A DNA stretch of 64,000 bases from Octopus vulgaris (lineage: Eukaryota), in assembly GCA_951406725.2 (NCBI GenBank), contig OX597822.1, positions 115,568,001 through 115,632,000 on the forward strand, read 5' to 3'. The notes under the pieces were generated by a model, which saw only the letters and a program-made list of their open reading frames with translations, did not search any database and was not told the DNA's origin. A program made the position numbers and the translations under genes. Positions 39,273 to 55,096 of the stretch are shown in pieces (position 1 is the first letter of the stretch; the number at the start of each line of letters is the position of its first letter).

Positions 39273-39957
39273 AATTGTGTATGTGTGTGAGTTCACGTGT
39301 GTGCTTATGTGTTCCTGCATGTGTATACGAATTTATATAATTGACAATCAACATATAGTATATATTGTTTTCCGTGCTCGCCATCCTTACTCAGCCTTTT
39401 GTATGTAAAATGCGGAACGAAGCGAAAATAAATTATTTTACCAAAATTTACGACAGAAATTGGGACGACTTTGCCATTCATCCTTTCGGGGTCGATAAAT
39501 TAAGTACCACTCACGCGTTGGGGTCGATATAATCGACTTAACCCCTTTGTCTCTCCTTGTTTGTCCCCCTATATGTTTAGCCCCTTGTTGGCAATAAAGA
39601 AATAAGAAATTGGAAGTCTCATTTTAATCCAAATATCTTATTCCAGCCACTGCAAAGTCTCCCACTTTGGTTCACTTCGGTCATCAAAATTCTTTAGTTT
39701 CCCTTGACTATATATATAAATATATTTCGTTTTTGGATTTGGTTTGCAAGATTCTTTATATGAGTTCGTGTGTTGAAGCCAGGACTATTGAAAAGGTTGC
39801 AAGACGCAACGAAAATTTTAGAAAATAAAACATAAGAAATAAGTGGAAATTTTATCGGTGAGTGTGTTAAATAATAAGGCACTAAAAGAGAATGACTCTC
39901 CCCAGACACAATAGTATATAAATATACATGTACATATACATATGCAATATAAATACG

Positions 39958-40032
<75 letters not shown>

Positions 40033-40062
40033 ACATATTTATATACATATATATATATATAC

Positions 40063-40097
<35 letters not shown>

Positions 40098-40302
40098 GGT
40101 TTAAGTAATTGAGATTCAAGTGAATTCTAATGAATTCACATGAATATGGTCCTTAACTAGGATGCACCGGAAATCTATATGGTGTTAACCATACGACAAG
40201 TGGGGTGATTACAAATAGGAAAAAAGCAACAAAAATGGATTAAATCCATTCTTGTTGCTTTTTTCCTACATATATATATATGTATATATATGTATATATA
40301 TG

Positions 40303-40338
<36 letters not shown>

Positions 40339-40649
40339 TGCATGTATGTATGTATGTATGTATGTATGTATGTATGCATCTATGTATGTATGTATGTATG
40401 TATGTATGTATGTATGTATGTATGTATGTATGTATGTATGTATAGATAGATAGACAGATAGATATAGGTATAAAACATCTCCGACCGCCTTTCACTTTCT
40501 CTTCATTTATCGCCTCGGTTCCTCTCTTACTCTGTGGCTGTGAATAAAAATATATTGTAAATTATTAAATGGGTGATGTTTTACATCGTTACATGATATT
40601 AACAGTAATTTTGTTTAGTGTTGGTGTCATAAAAATTTTATAAACTTAC

Positions 40650-40828
40650 GAGAGAACGTGAAATAATTCTTCTTTTGCAAAAATGATTCTTCAAGCACAT
40701 AAAACTACGAAAAATAGCATGTAAATTTTGGGATTCCTTTGATCCAATGGTGGAATACTTATCATATCCACAAGAGATGTGGGTTCCAGTTCCACGAACA
40801 AATGTCGACCTTTTTGTATTCAAAATAT
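40650..40828 (-). other. Candidate internal exon
   Basis: Donor CTC|GTAAGT, acceptor TGTGTAG|; one open frame (ILNTKRSTFVRGTG...ISRSL); no recognised homology. Confidence 0.3.
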
Positions 40829-41103
40829 CTACACAGTATTATTTATAGCTTTATGTGCTTCGAGATCCAGCGTTCCAAAAAAGAATTCTTTTAATGTTTA
40901 TCATATTTAAATAGCATCTCTATATGAAGTACTTACTAGTACTGTCGTTTAATCTGGACAATCTACTAAAGCAGACACCATCTTTCCATCACCACCACTA
41001 TCTCTTAGGTCGGTTTAACAGTATTTCACTGTCTGTGTGTGCATATATATACATACATATATATATACATACATACATACATACATATATATATATATAT
41101 ACA

Positions 41104-41224
<121 letters not shown>

Positions 41225-41400
41225 ATTATATTAAATTAGAGATAAAACCAGTATTAGGCTAACCAAACAGTGAAAAACAAAAGCCAATACATAAAATTAA
41301 TTTAAAAATATAAAAGTTAAAAATTAAAAAATTATTAAAATAATTTAAACTTATAAATTTTAAATATATATATACAAATATATATATATATATATGTATG

Positions 41401-41463
<63 letters not shown>

Positions 41464-42299
41464 CATACATACATACATATATACATACATATATATATGT
41501 ATATATAAAGATAGCTGTTTTTTAGGTACTATATAAAACTCAGTTGTCAGTCCCATACAATCCACGCGTTTTTCAAGGTGATGTTACGTCAATGTGGTTC
41601 GACAGAAATCAAGTGGTTCAAATAATCCTACTTTTCCGACTTTTAGATCCTGTTTCGTGAAGATCCGTCGATTTCAATAACGTTGACTAACAGCTGACGC
41701 GATTCTGTGTCCTGTTTGAGCTCAAAAATCGGACGGTTAATTTACAATCTCTTGTTATATCTTCAAAATGTTCGGGATTCCTTAAACACTCTGAAAACAA
41801 AACAAAAGCAGTCATACAAAAATATTTGACTCACTTTGCTCAGTTAACAGTAAGACATTATTATTTTAAGTAGAACTTGCAAGAAGCAGACAAACAGAAC
41901 ACTTCAGCAAACACTTAATACTCAATCTATGATTAATGCTAAAACACTGCTTGATTCCAGAGAAAGACCTTTTCCTCACTAGTATTAACAACGCCAATAG
42001 TAGAAATTTTATTGAATGGATGATATTCCAACAGAGATATAAGTGAAGCTCACAATGCATTTTCTTTCAGGATACTTGGCCTTTGGGAGAGTATGTTCCA
42101 GAGTTCTGAGAATCTTCCAATGTTAAAACAAAAAGCGTTGAGGTCAGACGGTTTTGCGACATTCTATTTTCTCTTTTGTTAAAGTTAAAATACTAAAATT
42201 ACACGACCTGTGAGATATACATGCATGAATGTGTGAGTATCTACATATGTGTATGTATGTACACCCACATTATATATATATACATATATATATATATAC

Positions 42300-42700
42300 T
42301 CTCTTACTATTTTACTTGTTTCAGTCATTTGACTGTGGCCATGCTGGAGCACCACCTTTAGTCGAACAAATCGACCCCAGGACTTATTCTTTGTAAGTCT
42401 AGTACTTATTCTATCGGTCTCTTTTGCCGAACCGCTAAGTTACTGGGACGTAAACACACCAGCATCGGCTGTCAAGCGATGTTGCGTGGACAATCACAGA
42501 CACACAAACATATACACACACATATATATACATATATACGACGGGCTTCTTTCAGTTTCCGTCTACCAAATCCACTCACAAGGCTTTAGTCGGCCCGAGG
42601 CTATAGTAGAAGACACCTGCCCAAGGTGCCACGCAGTGGGACTGAACCCGGAACCATGTGGTTGGTAAGCAAGCTACTTATATCACACAGCCGCTCCTAC
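42300..42700 (-). mobile_element. SINE family A
   Basis: Full-length match. Confidence 0.9.
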
Positions 42701-43238
42701 GTATATATATATATATATATATATATAAATTAAATGGAGACAAGAAGTGGAACGAACCGACAAATCGAAACGAACCCGACGCGAGGCGCTGTCAGACAAT
42801 AATGTAATAAATAAAAATATATGCATACATACAAACATATATGTACGTACATACATCTACATGTATATATACATGCATATATAAATAAATATACGTAAGT
42901 ACAGGACACCATAACAAGACGTAGAAACGGGAAAAACAAAATTTTTTACAAGAAAACAAGTACAGGACATGCTACACAAGGAAAAATCCACCGTCATCAG
43001 CTGTCGCTAGTTAACTCGAGCGTGTTTCGAAGGCAAGACAGGACACATCGTCAACTAGGCCTTCCTGCGAGAGAATTAAAATAAAATTCCAAGCTGCGGG
43101 GTAAAACGGGTAAGAACACAAACAGGATGTAACAATAAAACTGCACAATAAAACACAAGACGAGAAATAAAAAGAGAATACAATACGGGGAATCAAACAA
43201 ACAAGAGGTACGTACATATATAGTTTGTATGTATGCAG

Positions 43239-43299
<61 letters not shown>

Positions 43300-43829
43300 T
43301 ACATATATACATATAAGGTTATAAGGAACGGAAGTTGTATTAGAACCGAAGGATTTCTCATATAGACGCATGGTGCAGAAAAGCACACATGTTTATATCA
43401 TTTAGAGACGAGAATCGTCTGCTACGGGCGCAAGAAAAGTCAGATCACGTGATTTTAACATACTGCGTCTCATTCGTGACAGCCATCCGATGGCCGCACA
43501 CCAGCTAAATCTCACTACCAACGATATATAGAACTCCAGTGGCTTTCCAAGCACTGATGACGAAAATAGCCAGCAAGCTTGTTAAAATATTATTAGCAAC
43601 AGAAACAGTATTAATATGAAAAAGCAATCTTTATAACGTGTCTGACGGAATGGTTTTACCCACACTTTTTTAACTTTCACGATTCCTTCAAGTTAAGTGT
43701 TGTCATTCATATCACTGTGTGTGTGTATACGTGTGTGTGTATGTATATAAGTATGTATAAACATATATTTATATATATATATATACATACACACACTCAC
43801 ACACGCACACACACACACATATATATATA

Positions 43830-44180
43830 AGTATGCTTCCAAACCGCATGGTTCCAAGTTTAGACCAACTTCCTGCCATCTTGGGCAAGTATCATCTACT
43901 CTAACCTCGGGCCGACCAAACTCTTGAGTAGATTTGGTAAACGGAAACTGAGGGAAGCTCGTTGTAAATATATGTATATATCTCTGTGCGTATCTTTGTA
44001 TATATGTTTGTCACCCGCCACCACTAGACAACCAGCATAGATATGTTTACGTACCCCATTACCAAGCGGTTCGGCAAAAGAGGTTGAGAGAATGAGTACA
44101 AGGCTTTAAAAAATTACTATTTGAATCAATTTGTCTGACTAAAGATCCTGAAGGCAGTTCCCGACTGAAAAAAGTAAGAT
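43830..44180 (+). mobile_element. SINE family A, diverged
   Basis: CTTGGGCAAGT, GATTTGGTAAACGGAAACTGA, AGCGGTTCGGCAAAAGAG. Confidence 0.7.
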
Positions 44181-44266
44181 AAATATATATGACTAATCGA
44201 TCAAAATAGTATTGATTTTGACATTAATGTTGCACAACCGATATGATTTTAACTTATCACTTAACT

Positions 44267-44599
44267 CAGGAATATTCAACCATTTTTTGCCCATGGATCC
44301 CTTTGATTCCTATTTTTCTTAGGTGTTCCCCCCACAGCCATCTCGATGTTTAGAATCCTATTGTATTTTTATTATATAAATATTATTAGGAATTGTTTAA
44401 AAGTAATTGCTAAGACATCTTTTGTATTCTGGACGTGTAACCAATTTATTGTACACAAGTTTTACTTGTCTGAAGCACAGTGTTTTCATGGTCCCTGAAT
44501 AATTACCTGGACCCCCAATTTATTGTTTTGCATCCCTAAACTCCCAAAAATCTTATATGGACCCTCAGGGTCCATGTGGACAATGGTTGAGAACCCCTG
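44267..44599. mobile_element. hAT-like MITE
   Basis: CAGGAATATTCAACC...GGTTGAGAACCCCTG; decayed 8-bp TSD ACTTAACT/GCTCAACC. Confidence 0.65.
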
Positions 44600-45652
44600 G
44601 CTCAACCGGAATTGTAGAAATGAAACGGCTGAATTAATAGGGTCTAATTTCTCGTAAGTTCTAATTCAAGGCTGACATTTTTTTTGTGAAGATGAGAGAA
44701 GACGTGTACAAGTTGTTTCTAAAGTGATTCCATCGACCTAGTTGGTGAGAATAGACAGAAGATAGTATATGGAACTGCTGTTTTTCACAATAACTGGGAA
44801 TCGTTTTTCAAGGATAGGATACAAATTTTATTCATTTCTCTTCCTCTATAAATCATGCAACTGAGATCAAATACCAACATCAAATGCATTGACAGTTCTA
44901 CAGATATTTCAAGAGCTACTGGCATTTCGAAAAATGGATAGGACTGTATAGTTCCACTGACCACTGCGTTTGTGTTACTAACAGCTACTCTATTTTTTTT
45001 TTTTACTTTTGAAACGTATAATAATAGATCAATACCCAGAGCAATCGTATCCCATGTTATGTACAAATTGACGACAGAAAAAAGGGTAGAATTGCCCATC
45101 CCTCTTTTCCACCCACTATTCCTCGGAGAATCTTGGAGGTAGAGCCTTGAGATTCCTTCTCTAAAGGGTCTTATCAAAAGCAACCGTCATTACAGTTTCA
45201 GGCAGGAATCCCAAACGTGAGTAACTGAGACTGAAAATATTATCCAACCATTTTGCTCTCAGTCCACCCCTGGGTTTCCTACCGGGTGGCTTGGCTTAAA
45301 GAATCTGTCTTGGCAATGCAGTCCTTTCCAGCGATCTTCTGATCACATGTCTGTAGTACTGGAGTTGCGATCTCCCAATGTTGAGAGGTAGATATAGAAG
45401 AAACAAAACTGGAACATGATGACAAGGTTTGCAGACATAATGAGATCTGTTGATGGAATGTTTCTGGATTATTCTGTTAGAGAAATAAGACGTCCAAATA
45501 AAGACGTTTCCATAATGAAGCATCTGGTCGATGCTCCGCAATGAATTGACCCTCCTTAGAGGGTATCATACCAAGCTATACCTTAGCATAAATCCTCTTT
45601 AGCATATTTTAAAGGTAAAAAGGAAAACTGGCTTCTGACATCATTTAACGTT

Positions 45653-45714
<62 letters not shown>

Positions 45715-46539
45715 GGTGGTGGTGGTGGTGGTGGTGGTGGTGGTGGTGGTGGTGGTGGTGGTGGTGGCGGCGGTGGCGGCGACGGCGGCGGTAGTGGTGG
45801 TGGCGGTGGTGGTGGTGGTGGTTGTAGTTGCTGCTGCTGCTGCTGTTGCTATTGTTTTTGCCGTCATTGATGTTACTATTTAGCCCCAGTTCAGCTGTGA
45901 TTAAAGAGATCAATAAACAAAAGCATTCGACCCTTGACCATTTTATCTCTTTTTTCAGTGGTGTGCATCCTGGACCGCACTCGCCAATGAGTTCTTTAAC
46001 TTTTAAAGATGTTAAAGAGATTTCGTTTATGGCTGCAATTTTAGGCTAGTCCACTGATGACGAAGGAAAACTATAAAACAATTTCAAACCCTAGGGGCTC
46101 ATATAGTCATTTACTTAAAAAGTAGATGATTATATGAACATAGTTCATGATTATAACGGTTTTAAGCGATAAGTGATTAGTTTGTGGGTCCGAAATGCTA
46201 GATATCTTGTTTATGAATCAATTTGGAGAAAATTGAAGTGCTTTTCCAACTAACCTTCTCACCAATTAACCGTACCAAACTAATTTTGACAATTTCCAAC
46301 AATGAATCACTGCAAGTGACAGATCTAGTCCTTGATAAAATGATTAAAACAGTACTATGTTAAGATAACAGCATACAACTCAATGATTAAGATGTTTATA
46401 AGTCAATGGGTTTAGATACCTACTCTGGACAGATCCGGGATCCGAAACCTTTACAGAATGCTAATAAATGGTCTATTGTTATTTTGAATTGTTATTTTGT
46501 GGTCAATAGACAATGTAACATTTATCATGAAAAAGATCT

Positions 46540-47290
46540 TGTGTCGATAGCATTCATAGGCCGTTCGAAACTGGTGAGTTTGATACGGTTAACGTTCAGC
46601 ACAATTAATAAATGAGTAAGAACGGAATTCCAGAAGCTTGATGTTCTATAGAGGAAAGATTAGACAGGGCGGTTTATGCAGGGTCTAGGCTTGACACACT
46701 GTATGATTGACAATAGGAGGAGAGATAGATGGGTCTAGATGTAAATTTTGAGCAATTATTTCGTTCTGAGGTGCAGAAATTGTTTGTAAAAGCATTAGAA
46801 TAGAGAAAGTTAGGTAAAGCCCATCTGAAGGCCAGAAGTATTGCCTCATTCTTATCATCTACATGTGAGACAGAGTTTATTTTGGTATCATTCAGGGCAT
46901 TACTGTAGAAAAAGAAGAGTGTTGAGAATATAACTGAACCTTGGCTAAGACCAGAGTTCATGGATTTTTGGTGAGAAAGTGTTCCACCGGTGTGCGCTAC
47001 CATAATACGATCTGATAGGAAGATTCCTACCCAATAAATTATGAAACGCAAAGAGACCACAGACGAGCAACTTAGCTAAGATATTCTCGTGTCAGACATG
47101 GCCAAGTTATTTGCTTTTATCAAGTGCAACGACTTAGCTTTTAAAGGGCCACTGTCGAATATCATATGTGTGCAAATTCACTGTAGAATACATCACCACC
47201 GATGTCCTACTAGCGATCGCTAACGAGGAAACTGGAATCAATATTTTCGCAAAATAGGTCGTTAACAAATGTTTACATCATTTTTGATAT
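46540..47290 (-). mobile_element. Degraded LINE RT fragment (CR1/Jockey group)
   Basis: NSGLSQGSVIFSTLF (cf. GVPQGSVL) and HVDD (cf. YADD). Confidence 0.65.
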
Positions 47291-48127
47291 ATTGGGAAAA
47301 AATCACAGGATTGCTCTCTTCGAAGATACAAGGGCCAACTGAAAGTAACACCGAAAGCATCTGGAATTGAGCCTAAATCGGTTGAAACACGAGTCCAAGA
47401 CTGTACCAAGTGGCAGAGTTCCATCACCATCACAACAAACAACTTCGAAGCCACCAAAAGAGAAAAGGAAGAAATCAAATGACAGGTGAGAAAGGCTCGA
47501 CAAAATCAACCTCGTCTTCCACCGACATTGACATACAGTCAATGCCACCGTCTCTTCTATGCAAGAATTGGTCTACAGAGTCATCAATACCATCACCAAA
47601 AAGGAAGCATTCAGCAAAGAAGAAACTAAATTCTTGGATACGAGATAAAGCCGCCGCTGCCGACGACAGGTGTATTCGCCATGGTGAGAGAAATTGGCCT
47701 TTTGTGGTGGAGGGGAACACACTAAATGTATGAGTATTGATAAGTGTTCAACTCGTTTCCGAGCATCCAACTGGAAACAACACCAACGGCAGTGAAATAT
47801 AAATTGAAATGATCCCAGTATTTAGAAGATAGCAACATGGTCAGGCCTGAAGGTCACTACATTATCAATTAAATAAGATATACGATAAAAAGCAGGTAAA
47901 AAGATGACGAGGCTGGCTTTAAACCGTTCTAAAGACAATCTTCAATCTAACTTATGTTGGACGAATATTGACACAATTCTAGATAATTTACGTTATTTTT
48001 AGAAAATTCCGTTCATATAATTCCCAAAAACACGCCATAACGTCTTCTGGAAGCAGGCAAGAACAGTTTAAAATAATAACATTACACCTTATAATCACTG
48101 GCTTCAAATGCCAAAGCTATTCGAAAT

Positions 48128-48180
<53 letters not shown>

Positions 48181-48216
48181 TACATACACACATATATATA
48201 TATATATATATATAAT

Positions 48217-48790
<574 letters not shown>

Positions 48791-48997
48791 TGTGTGTCCG
48801 TCTGTCTGCCTGTCTGTGTCTGTTGCAACCTTCCGTCTCAGTAAACCATCATTGTCCCTGAAAGTTGTTTCTTATATTTTACTACAGATTACTTGAAGCT
48901 AACTTTCTTCCTTCACCTCGATCCCTGGATCTTACATTTGTATATACATATCTTTATACACACACACATATATGTATATATATATATATATATATAT

Positions 48998-50735
48998 AAT
49001 CAAAATAAGTAACAAGAATAACTTCGGTAATTTGGTACGATCTTTTCATGCTACATCATTTTATTAAATGTTGTAAGTATTACAACAGTATTAAAATGCT
49101 GAGCACTCATCAGCCATTAATAGATGTTTTCCATTAATACATAATTTTCATATCAATTGATAACATTATAGGGAAGGTAGATACATAGATAACGTTTAAA
49201 CAATCATTTTTCCTCCTTTAGGCTTAAATACAAGGCATGTTGCACAACATTGTCTAGAAAAATTTGGGAACTGAAAACGAATAATATAGAATTCAACCTG
49301 AAATGGGATATAGTAAGAAAAGCACGACCTTATAAAAATAGTAGGGATGGTTGTCAACTTTGTTCTATGGAAACATATGAAATTTTAAAACATCGGAGTA
49401 ATACAAATCTGTTAAATAACCGTTCGGAGCTAGGAGCATCTTGCATACATCGCACAACCCGTACGTTTAAATATTTTAAATAATAATATTGTGAATATTC
49501 CTAAATTTTTCAAATTTTAATTCTTTATACCCAAATAACAATGAATATACCATACTGCTTTTTAATTCAACATACATAGATTACTATAAAACTTCTTTGC
49601 AAACTTAGAATTAAATTCTCCCTTTTTTTTTAAATTCTCCTACACTAAATAGTATAAATTCTATGTCCCTAAAGAAACTATTCGGTTCACCTTGATTATC
49701 TCACTTCTTAATATATCATTAACCTAGGATATTTTTACCTAACTAATTAGCCTTTCTCCGCGGGTAGTAAATATTATTTCTAACAGATTCTATATTTTAA
49801 TTCATTAATAACACTTCACTATCTATGAAATCTGAGTAATTTACTCTTCTAAATTACTTCCCTTCATATTATTAAATCACCTTCTACTAAACCTACGAAT
49901 ACCTTTCTTCTTTGATTACTCCTCTTCTATTTTTCCTATTATATATATTTGACCCCTAATATATTCACTTGATTAATAAGATTTTGTCCCCAATTAATAA
50001 GTATTACGCCTACTCATAATAAGTGATAGATTTTTCTCTAAATTGAATACATATTAGATTTATAATTTCTCCTTTAATCCAACGTATCAAAATACTCAAA
50101 AACCTATCAGCTAATTATAAAGTTGATGTATATAAGTTTAAAAAAATCTCTGCATTCTCTATGAGTGGTCATTATAACTATTTGACATTAACCTAGTTTT
50201 CCTAATGCTAAATCTATTTGCCAAATAGTAGTAATAGGCATCGTAATATGACAACCCTTTTCTCTCTACCTAAATTTCTTTATAAGGAACTTTGACATCT
50301 ATTTCACCCCTATTTCTATAAATAGAAGATCTTTCTTGTTTCCTTTCATTTGTCCATTCTTCTCAGAACCTTCTAGCAGTTCATAGCAAATGAATATTAT
50401 TCAGTCAGTTGATAAACTCCACTACCTTAAATGTTCTTAAAATTTAAATCCACATCTTTGCCTATATATCTACCTTCTCTATAATGTTATCACTTGATAT
50501 GAAAATGTTTGTATTAATGGAAAACCTCTATAATTGGCTGATGAGTGCTCAGCATTTTAATACTATTGTAATACTTACAACATTTAATAAATGATGTAGC
50601 GTGAAACGATCGTACCAAATTACCGAAGTTATTCTTGTTGCTTATTTTGATTATAATCACCCCATGGATTTATATGGATAACACCATACAAAATTCTGGT
50701 GCATCTAACTTAAGTACCATATTCATTTGAATATA
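48998..50735 (+). mobile_element. 5'-truncated PLE with inverted 5' pLTR, GIY-YIG C-terminus, ~1-kb 3' UTR, pLTR and tail
   Basis: 48998-49188 is inverted relative to 50462-50655; RLNNHFSSF..TTLSRKIWELK..CQLCSME..LLNNRSEL..CIH at ~49193-49483; TA flanks. Confidence 0.88.
50534..50618 (+). ncRNA. Type I hammerhead with a large loop II
   Basis: TTGG-CTGATGA-GTGCT(48 nt)AGCGT-GAAA-CGATCG-TA-CCAA; the inverted copy at 49032-49116 has one stem III change. Confidence 0.8.
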
Positions 50736-50787
50736 TATATATAAATATATACATATACATATATACATATATATATATATACATATA

Positions 50788-51022
50788 CAGGGTGGCCCAA
50801 AAGTAGGTTTACAGTTATTCTACTCTTTCGCATTCATATATTCACAGCTTAGATCTTAATTATAAAAACATATGAAACCATTACTCTTGGCTAATTTAGT
50901 TAATTTTCTCAACCTCCTTTTACGGTTTGTAAGATAGAAATTTAAATGTAATAAAATCGCGTAAAAGAAATTTAAAGTGCCTACGTGATAACTGTAACGC
51001 TACTTTTGGGTCACCCACCCTG
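50788..51022. mobile_element. Tc1/mariner MITE
   Basis: TA-CAGGGTGGCCCAAAAGTAGG..TACAGTTAT / ATAACTGTA..CTACTTTTGGGTCACC(CACC)CTG-TA. Confidence 0.8.
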
Positions 51023-51237
51023 TATATACATATGTATGTATATATGTGTGTGTATGTATATATACAGCCATGAGACGATCGTAGTGTTATACTAATTATC
51101 TTTTTTTAATAATTTTGATATATATTTAAAATAATATAAATTAATTAATCTTATGTATTGGCTTAAGTTTTTCTTTGTATGATTTGCCTAATAGTGGTTT
51201 TATCTCTAATTTAATATAATATATATATATATATATA

Positions 51238-51645
51238 TTCTTTTACTTGTCTCAGTCATTTGATTGCAGCCATGCTGGAGCACCGCCTTAAAGGATTTTT
51301 AGTCGAAGAAATCGACCTGGGGATTTATCTTGGTAAGCCTTGTACCTATTCTATCAGTCTCTTTTGTCAAACCGCCAGTTACAGTGACATAAACAATTCA
51401 ACATCGGTTGTTGAGTGATTGTAGGGGTTAAACAAAGACAAAATGACTCACACAGAGACATATATACTGATATATATGTGTGTGTGTGTGTGTGTATGAT
51501 GGGTTTCTTTCCGTTTCCGTCTATCAAATCCACTCACAAGACATTGATCGGCCCGAGGCTGCAGTAGAAGACACTCGCCCAATTGAGACTGAACCCGGAA
51601 CCATGCAGTTGAGAAGCAAACTTCTTACTACACAACCATGCCAGT
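51238..51645 (-). mobile_element. SINE family A
   Basis: Family match. Confidence 0.8.
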
Positions 51646-51648
51646 GGT

Positions 51649-51716
<68 letters not shown>

Positions 51717-51724
51717 TGGTAAAG

Positions 51725-52080
51725 AATGGCATTAGAAAGCTTCAATAGCCAAGCTTGTCACCAGATATGAACCCTATAGAACACCTCTCGGACATAATGG
51801 ACAGGACATTTCATAAACAAAACAAGAAAGCATCTTCAAAGTCAGATCTTTTGATATTATTGCATGAAACTTGGCAAGAAATTCCGCAAGAGAATATTCA
51901 CCATCTGATCAGTAAACATGCCTAATAGGGCCCTTGAATTGAAAAATGCAAAGGGCATGTCTACTAAATATTAAATGTTCGCATTATAACTACTAACAAA
52001 TAATTTGAATGTATGATTTCAGATTTAAATAAATTTTCATGATTATAACGGGTGTCTATTTACTTCTTTCATGCCTATGT
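51725..52080 (+). mobile_element. Tc1 transposase 3' fragment
   Basis: SPDMNPIEHL, ETWQEIPQE, AKGMSTKY*. Confidence 0.75.
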
Positions 52081-52608
52081 CTATATATGGAGGAACTTCT
52101 TCCATCGGGACTGTGTTTGGAGTTTCTTCTTAGATATTTTTAAAGATATATTTTCAGTATGACTGTCTGTGTGCGCCCCCTCGCTTTTGAATCAGAAAAA
52201 GCTGTTTACACGAATGAATATACACATGAGAGAAGACGTGTTAACGCGTGGTGCTATGGTTACGCCTGTCCTTGTGTGCGCGTGCGATTATGTGTGCATG
52301 TGTGCGAACGTGCTTTCTTGAGTTTTCCTCTGTGTAAGTGTGTGTATGTGTGTGTGTGTGTGCGTGTGGTTTGTAAGTTTCTATGTATGTGAATACTCGA
52401 TAGGGAAGGTCGTCACCAAAGAAGGAAAAGAAGACAAGAAGGAGGCAAAAATAAAAGACTTTAAACACTTAAAATGTAAGAGAAACAACGTAAAACATTG
52501 ATATGAGAATAAAAGAAAGAAGGACGCAGAGCGAAACAGTTTTCGACATGGAGTTTCGTGTGTGTGTGTGTGAGTGTATGAAACAGAGGGAGGGAGAGAG
52601 AGAGAGAG

Positions 52609-52656
<48 letters not shown>

Positions 52657-53070
52657 AGAGTGAGATAGTGAAAGAAAGAGAGAAGAGATTGAAAGAAGAC
52701 CGTGACAGTCAGATGGTTCCGAAAAATGGTACAATTTTCTGTGTTGAAAACGGTAAGAAGGCAGAATTCTAAAGAAAAAAAAAGACTTATCATTGTCCAT
52801 AATGTGGTTAAAACAGCGTGAATAAATGTTGGTGTGGTGAAAGTAGGTGGTACTTAAGAACATTCTTGACCTCGATACTTGTAAAAGTTCTAAGGCACTT
52901 TTTGGGGGTTGGTGGGGGGTTGGGTTTTGAAGTAACGAAACAGGACATGTTGACAATAGTCTCGAAATACCATAGCCGCAACAACCTTAACAACAACAGC
53001 AACAACAACAACAACACCGACTTAAAAATGAAGTGTAGCAAAAGAGAACAATAACAGAAATATTTTGTTA

Positions 53071-53116
<46 letters not shown>

Positions 53117-53433
53117 ATATGTATGTATGTATACAATGTATGTATGTATTTATGTATGTATGTATGTATGTATGTATGCATGTATGTATATGTGCATATC
53201 TATGTGTGTGTGTGTGTATATGAGTGTGTGTGTATGTATGTATATATATAGGTGTACACATATTTGTTTGTCACAGTAGACTTTGTCATTTAATATTACA
53301 AGAGTTCCTTAATCGTTCTCTTATTCTTGTTTCGTTTCTATTCTTTGCTTCTTTTCCATTTTTTAAACTTATCATTGTTGTTGTTGTTGTTGTTGTTCTT
53401 CTTCTTCTTCTTCTTCTTCTTCTTCTTCTTCTT

Positions 53434-53464
<31 letters not shown>

Positions 53465-53539
53465 TTCTTATTATTATTATTATTATTATTATTATCATCA
53501 TCATTGTTCTTGTTGTTATTATTATTATTATTATTGTTG

Positions 53540-53592
<53 letters not shown>

Positions 53593-53719
53593 GTTGTTGT
53601 TGTTGTTATTATTATTATTATTATTATTATTGTTGTTGTTGTTATTATTATTATTATTATTATTATCATCATCATTGTTCTTGTTGTTGTTATTATTATT
53701 ATTGTTGTTATTATTATTG

Positions 53720-53753
<34 letters not shown>

Positions 53754-54694
53754 CATTATTATTATTATTATTGTGTTTGTAGATGATACTGTTGCATTTT
53801 TTTTCTTTTTTAATTTGATGCATGCTTGACTTCCTAGAATGTGTTCCAGCCACACAAACGGTTGCATTGAGCGAACAAAACACACACACCCAAAATAAAC
53901 AAAAGAGCACACACAAAATACACAAGCGATTCTAAGTGTAGCTTTGAATGGATAATTATTTTAGTGGCAATGATAATGATAATAATAACAACAACAACAA
54001 TAGTAACAGCAACAACAATACAATAATAGATGGGCTACAGCAAATATTCTGCTCGATACCACAGATTTGCTTGTCAGTTGTTTGACCTTAACCAGTTGAG
54101 CATGTCCCTCAGTGGTTGACATCTCTGATCATGAGCAGTAGTTGTGGACGAGCACCATAGCCATGTGTTGAGAGGAATTGCTTGGGGTTTGAGTAATTCA
54201 CCTTTGGAATCATGGGTGTTTCGTTCAACATCCTTAAACAATCTTTAATCAGGGACCTTTTGAGCAGGATGGTCTACTCGATCCGAAGAAAATTTCAACT
54301 GGTCCCCAGTTGCAAAGCCATGCGCTGTTTATCTTGATATAAGGTCACCACGTCGTGCACATATGGTTGTGATGCATGTGCCTGGTGTATCCTTATCAGA
54401 CGGGTAGTCATGATGGGTATATTGGGCTTCGTATATTTGTACCCCAATGTCACTCTGATGGCACACGCTGCTCTCTCATTCAATAACAACAATAACAAGA
54501 ACAACAACAGCAATTACAATAAAGATTTCAAATTTTGGTACAAGGCTAGCAATTCCGGGGAGGGGCAATTTAGTTACATCGACCTCGTTGCTCCACAGGT
54601 ACTTATTTTATCAAAAGGATGAAACGTAAAGTCGACCTCGGTGGAATTTGAACTCCGATCGTAAAGACGGACGAAATGCCAGCTGGCGGCTTCA

Positions 54695-54765
<71 letters not shown>

Positions 54766-54774
54766 ATAGTAGTA

Positions 54775-54900
54775 AACATTTACTCCAGATACGATGGAGG
54801 ACGTTTTAATCCACTTCGGCAGACTTAAATCTGAAAGTTATACATCTACAAACATAATCTGTGAACTGAAATATACTGACGACAACACTGTTCTCGCTTT
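54775..54900 (+). mobile_element. RTE-like RT fragment
   Basis: RLKS..IICELKYTDD (cf. ELLYADD). Confidence 0.5.
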
Positions 54901-55000
54901 ACATTCAATCAACCGTACACCCTTGTTCCTTTTTTTTTCTTCTTATTTTGGTGATATTGAACAGAATATTTGCTGTAACCCATTATTATTATTATTATTA

Positions 55001-55064
<64 letters not shown>

Positions 55065-55096
55065 CATTATTATTATTATTATTATCATTATTATCA

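Noticed and set aside
42071-42109. Plus-strand acceptor followed by DTWPLGEYV (GPCR ECL1-like)
   Set aside because: Immediate stop, no following Cys and no flanking transmembrane exons.
43554-46070. CTGATGACGAA motifs at ~43554 and ~46054
   Set aside because: No stem II or III; probably chance.
47410-47733. 107-aa non-repetitive ORF
   Set aside because: No recognisable motif or clear splice context; adjacent to LINE debris.
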